A stretch of 63,970 nt of DNA, filler included, from Myxococcota bacterium (GTDB lineage: Bacteria; Myxococcota; Myxococcia; Myxococcales; Myxococcaceae), in the NCBI GenBank assembly GCA_049322255.1. It is 4 parts of 4 records of this genome, joined end to end, with 100 filler letters (N's around TTAATTAATTAA, not from the genome) between each part and the next. Parts side by side here need not be neighbours in the genome. Positions count along the whole stretch, not along the records: positions 55,004 to 63,970 come from JBMORE010000137.1; 3 more parts are not named here. One strand, 5' to 3'. The position numbers were made by a program, and so were the translations under genes. The notes under the pieces are model-generated. The model did not search any database, was not told where the DNA came from, and saw only the letters and a list, made by a program, of their open reading frames with translations. Below are positions 62,831-63,970 of the stretch, in pieces. Numbering within the stretch: position 1 is the first letter of the stretch; each line of letters begins with the position of its first letter.

Positions 62831-63756
62831 GCGCCACCTCGGAGCGCGCCTTGGACGCCCAGTTTCGCCTCCGGGTGGGGCGGGGGCCGACCGCTTTCAA
62901 CCTCGACATCGCGCTGGCGCTTCCGCGCGGCCTCCTCGTGCTCTTCGGACCCTCGGGCAGCGGCAAGTCCCTCACTTTGCGCGCGCTGGGAGGGCTTTTG
63001 CGGCCAGAGGCGGGTTTCATCCGCGTCGGTGGGCGGACGCTGTTCGACTCCGAAGCCTCCTGCGACGTCCCGGTGCACCGTCGGCACATGGGCTACGTGC
63101 CGCAGCACCACGCGCTGTTTCCCTTTCTCGACGTCGCGGCCAACGTGGCCTTCGGAGCCGAGGGCAGCGCGCGGGGCCGACAGTTGGTGGAGACGTTGAT
63201 GGCCGAGCTGGGCCTTACCCCTCTGGCCGGCGCCTTCCCCCACTCCCTGTCCGGGGGAGAGCGGCAGCGGGTGGCCCTCGCCCGGGCGCTGGCGACGGAG
63301 CCTCGGCTGCTCTTGCTCGACGAGCCTTTTGCCTCCCTCGACCGCGGGGGAAGGCAGGCGCTGTGGCAGACCCTGCGCCAGGAGCTCTTGCGGCGAAACG
63401 TCTCCGCCGTCTTTGTCACCCATGACCCCGAGGAGGCGCTGGCGCTGGGAGACATCTTGGTGCGGCTCGACCGCGGCCGTGTCACCGGTGTCGGCGCGCC
63501 CAAGGCGTTGTTGAGCTCGCCTTACGACGCGGTGCTCCTTCGAGGCCGAGCCAAAGGTTCGCCGCGTCCGCTGGGGGACGCGCGGGCAGAGCTGGCGCTG
63601 GAGGAGGTCTTGCTCCAGGGACCCGCGGAGCTCTTTCACTCAGCCCCCGGCGAGGCCGTACAGCTATCCTTGACCGTGGGCCCCTCAGATTTTCGTGGTG
63701 AAGAAGTTCCTTCGGGCTCCGTCCGTGCCGACAACCCTCACCGGGAGACGCCGTGA
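62827..63756 (+). CDS. modC: Molybdate ABC transporter ATP-binding protein
   Basis: GPSGSGKS, GYVPQHHALFP, LSGGERQR, LLDEPF; shortened C-terminal regulatory region. Confidence 0.9.
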   Translation: MSATSERALDAQFRLRVGRGPTAFNLDIALALPRGLLVLFGPSGSGKSLTLRALGGLLRPEAGFIRVGGRTLFDSEASCDVPVHRRHMGYVPQHHALFPFLDVAANVAFGAEGSARGRQLVETLMAELGLTPLAGAFPHSLSGGERQRVALARALATEPRLLLLDEPFASLDRGGRQALWQTLRQELLRRNVSAVFVTHDPEEALALGDILVRLDRGRVTGVGAPKALLSSPYDAVLLRGRAKGSPRPLGDARAELALEEVLLQGPAELFHSAPGEAVQLSLTVGPSDFRGEEVPSGSVRADNPHRETP

Positions 63757-63970
63757 AGACATTCGTCGCCTTCGTCCTCCTCTTGTCCGTGCCCGCCTTG
63801 GCCGACCACCCGCCGCCGCCCGCACCTCCTGGGGTTCCGCATCGCGCCGGGCCTGCCGATGACCGCCGGCCGTACGACTTCGACGACCGCCGGGAGCGTC
63901 GCGAGGTGCGCCAGCGGCTGGAGCGCGTCGAGAGCCTCATCGAGGAAGCGCTGCGCAAGATGGGCCCCGG
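63753..63970 (+). CDS. 5' fragment of a secreted hypothetical protein
   Basis: GTGA overlap with modC; signal peptide (VKTFVAFVLLLSVPALA), Pro-rich segment, coiled-coil; runs off the window. Confidence 0.65.
   Translation, partial: MKTFVAFVLLLSVPALADHPPPPAPPGVPHRAGPADDRRPYDFDDRRERREVRQRLERVESLIEEALRKMGP

Overview
High-GC DNA with a Myxococcota-like gene set (MXAN_5187 protein, MYXO-CTERM-like tail, FHA-sigma54 activator, Cys-rich lipoproteins). It is not one locus: three artificial N/TTAATTAATTAA/N linkers join four contigs (1-18287, 18388-36646, 36747-54903, 55004-end), and contig 1 has an internal 100-N gap. Contig 1: PanG-like reductase, ClpA/C ATPase, Yip1-TolC-MFP-ABC export operon, large lipase-like lipoprotein plus beta-barrel, secreted GH57-like protein, udk. 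Contig 2: signalling genes and Cys-rich surface proteins, one ending in a cytochrome c domain. Contig 3: tRNA-Glu with mobile-element debris, histidine kinases, pdhABC, MFS, NUDIX and a RelBE-type TA pair. Contig 4: Ig/IPT/FG-GAP surface protein and the best candidate for a new system, a molybdenum operon linking a tandem-repeat lipoprotein, an apparent EcfT/S-component fusion, molybdenum storage proteins MosA/MosB and ModABC. A BoxC-like palindromic repeat occurs nine times and has been absorbed into several reading frames. All calls come from motif recognition by eye; no searches were run.
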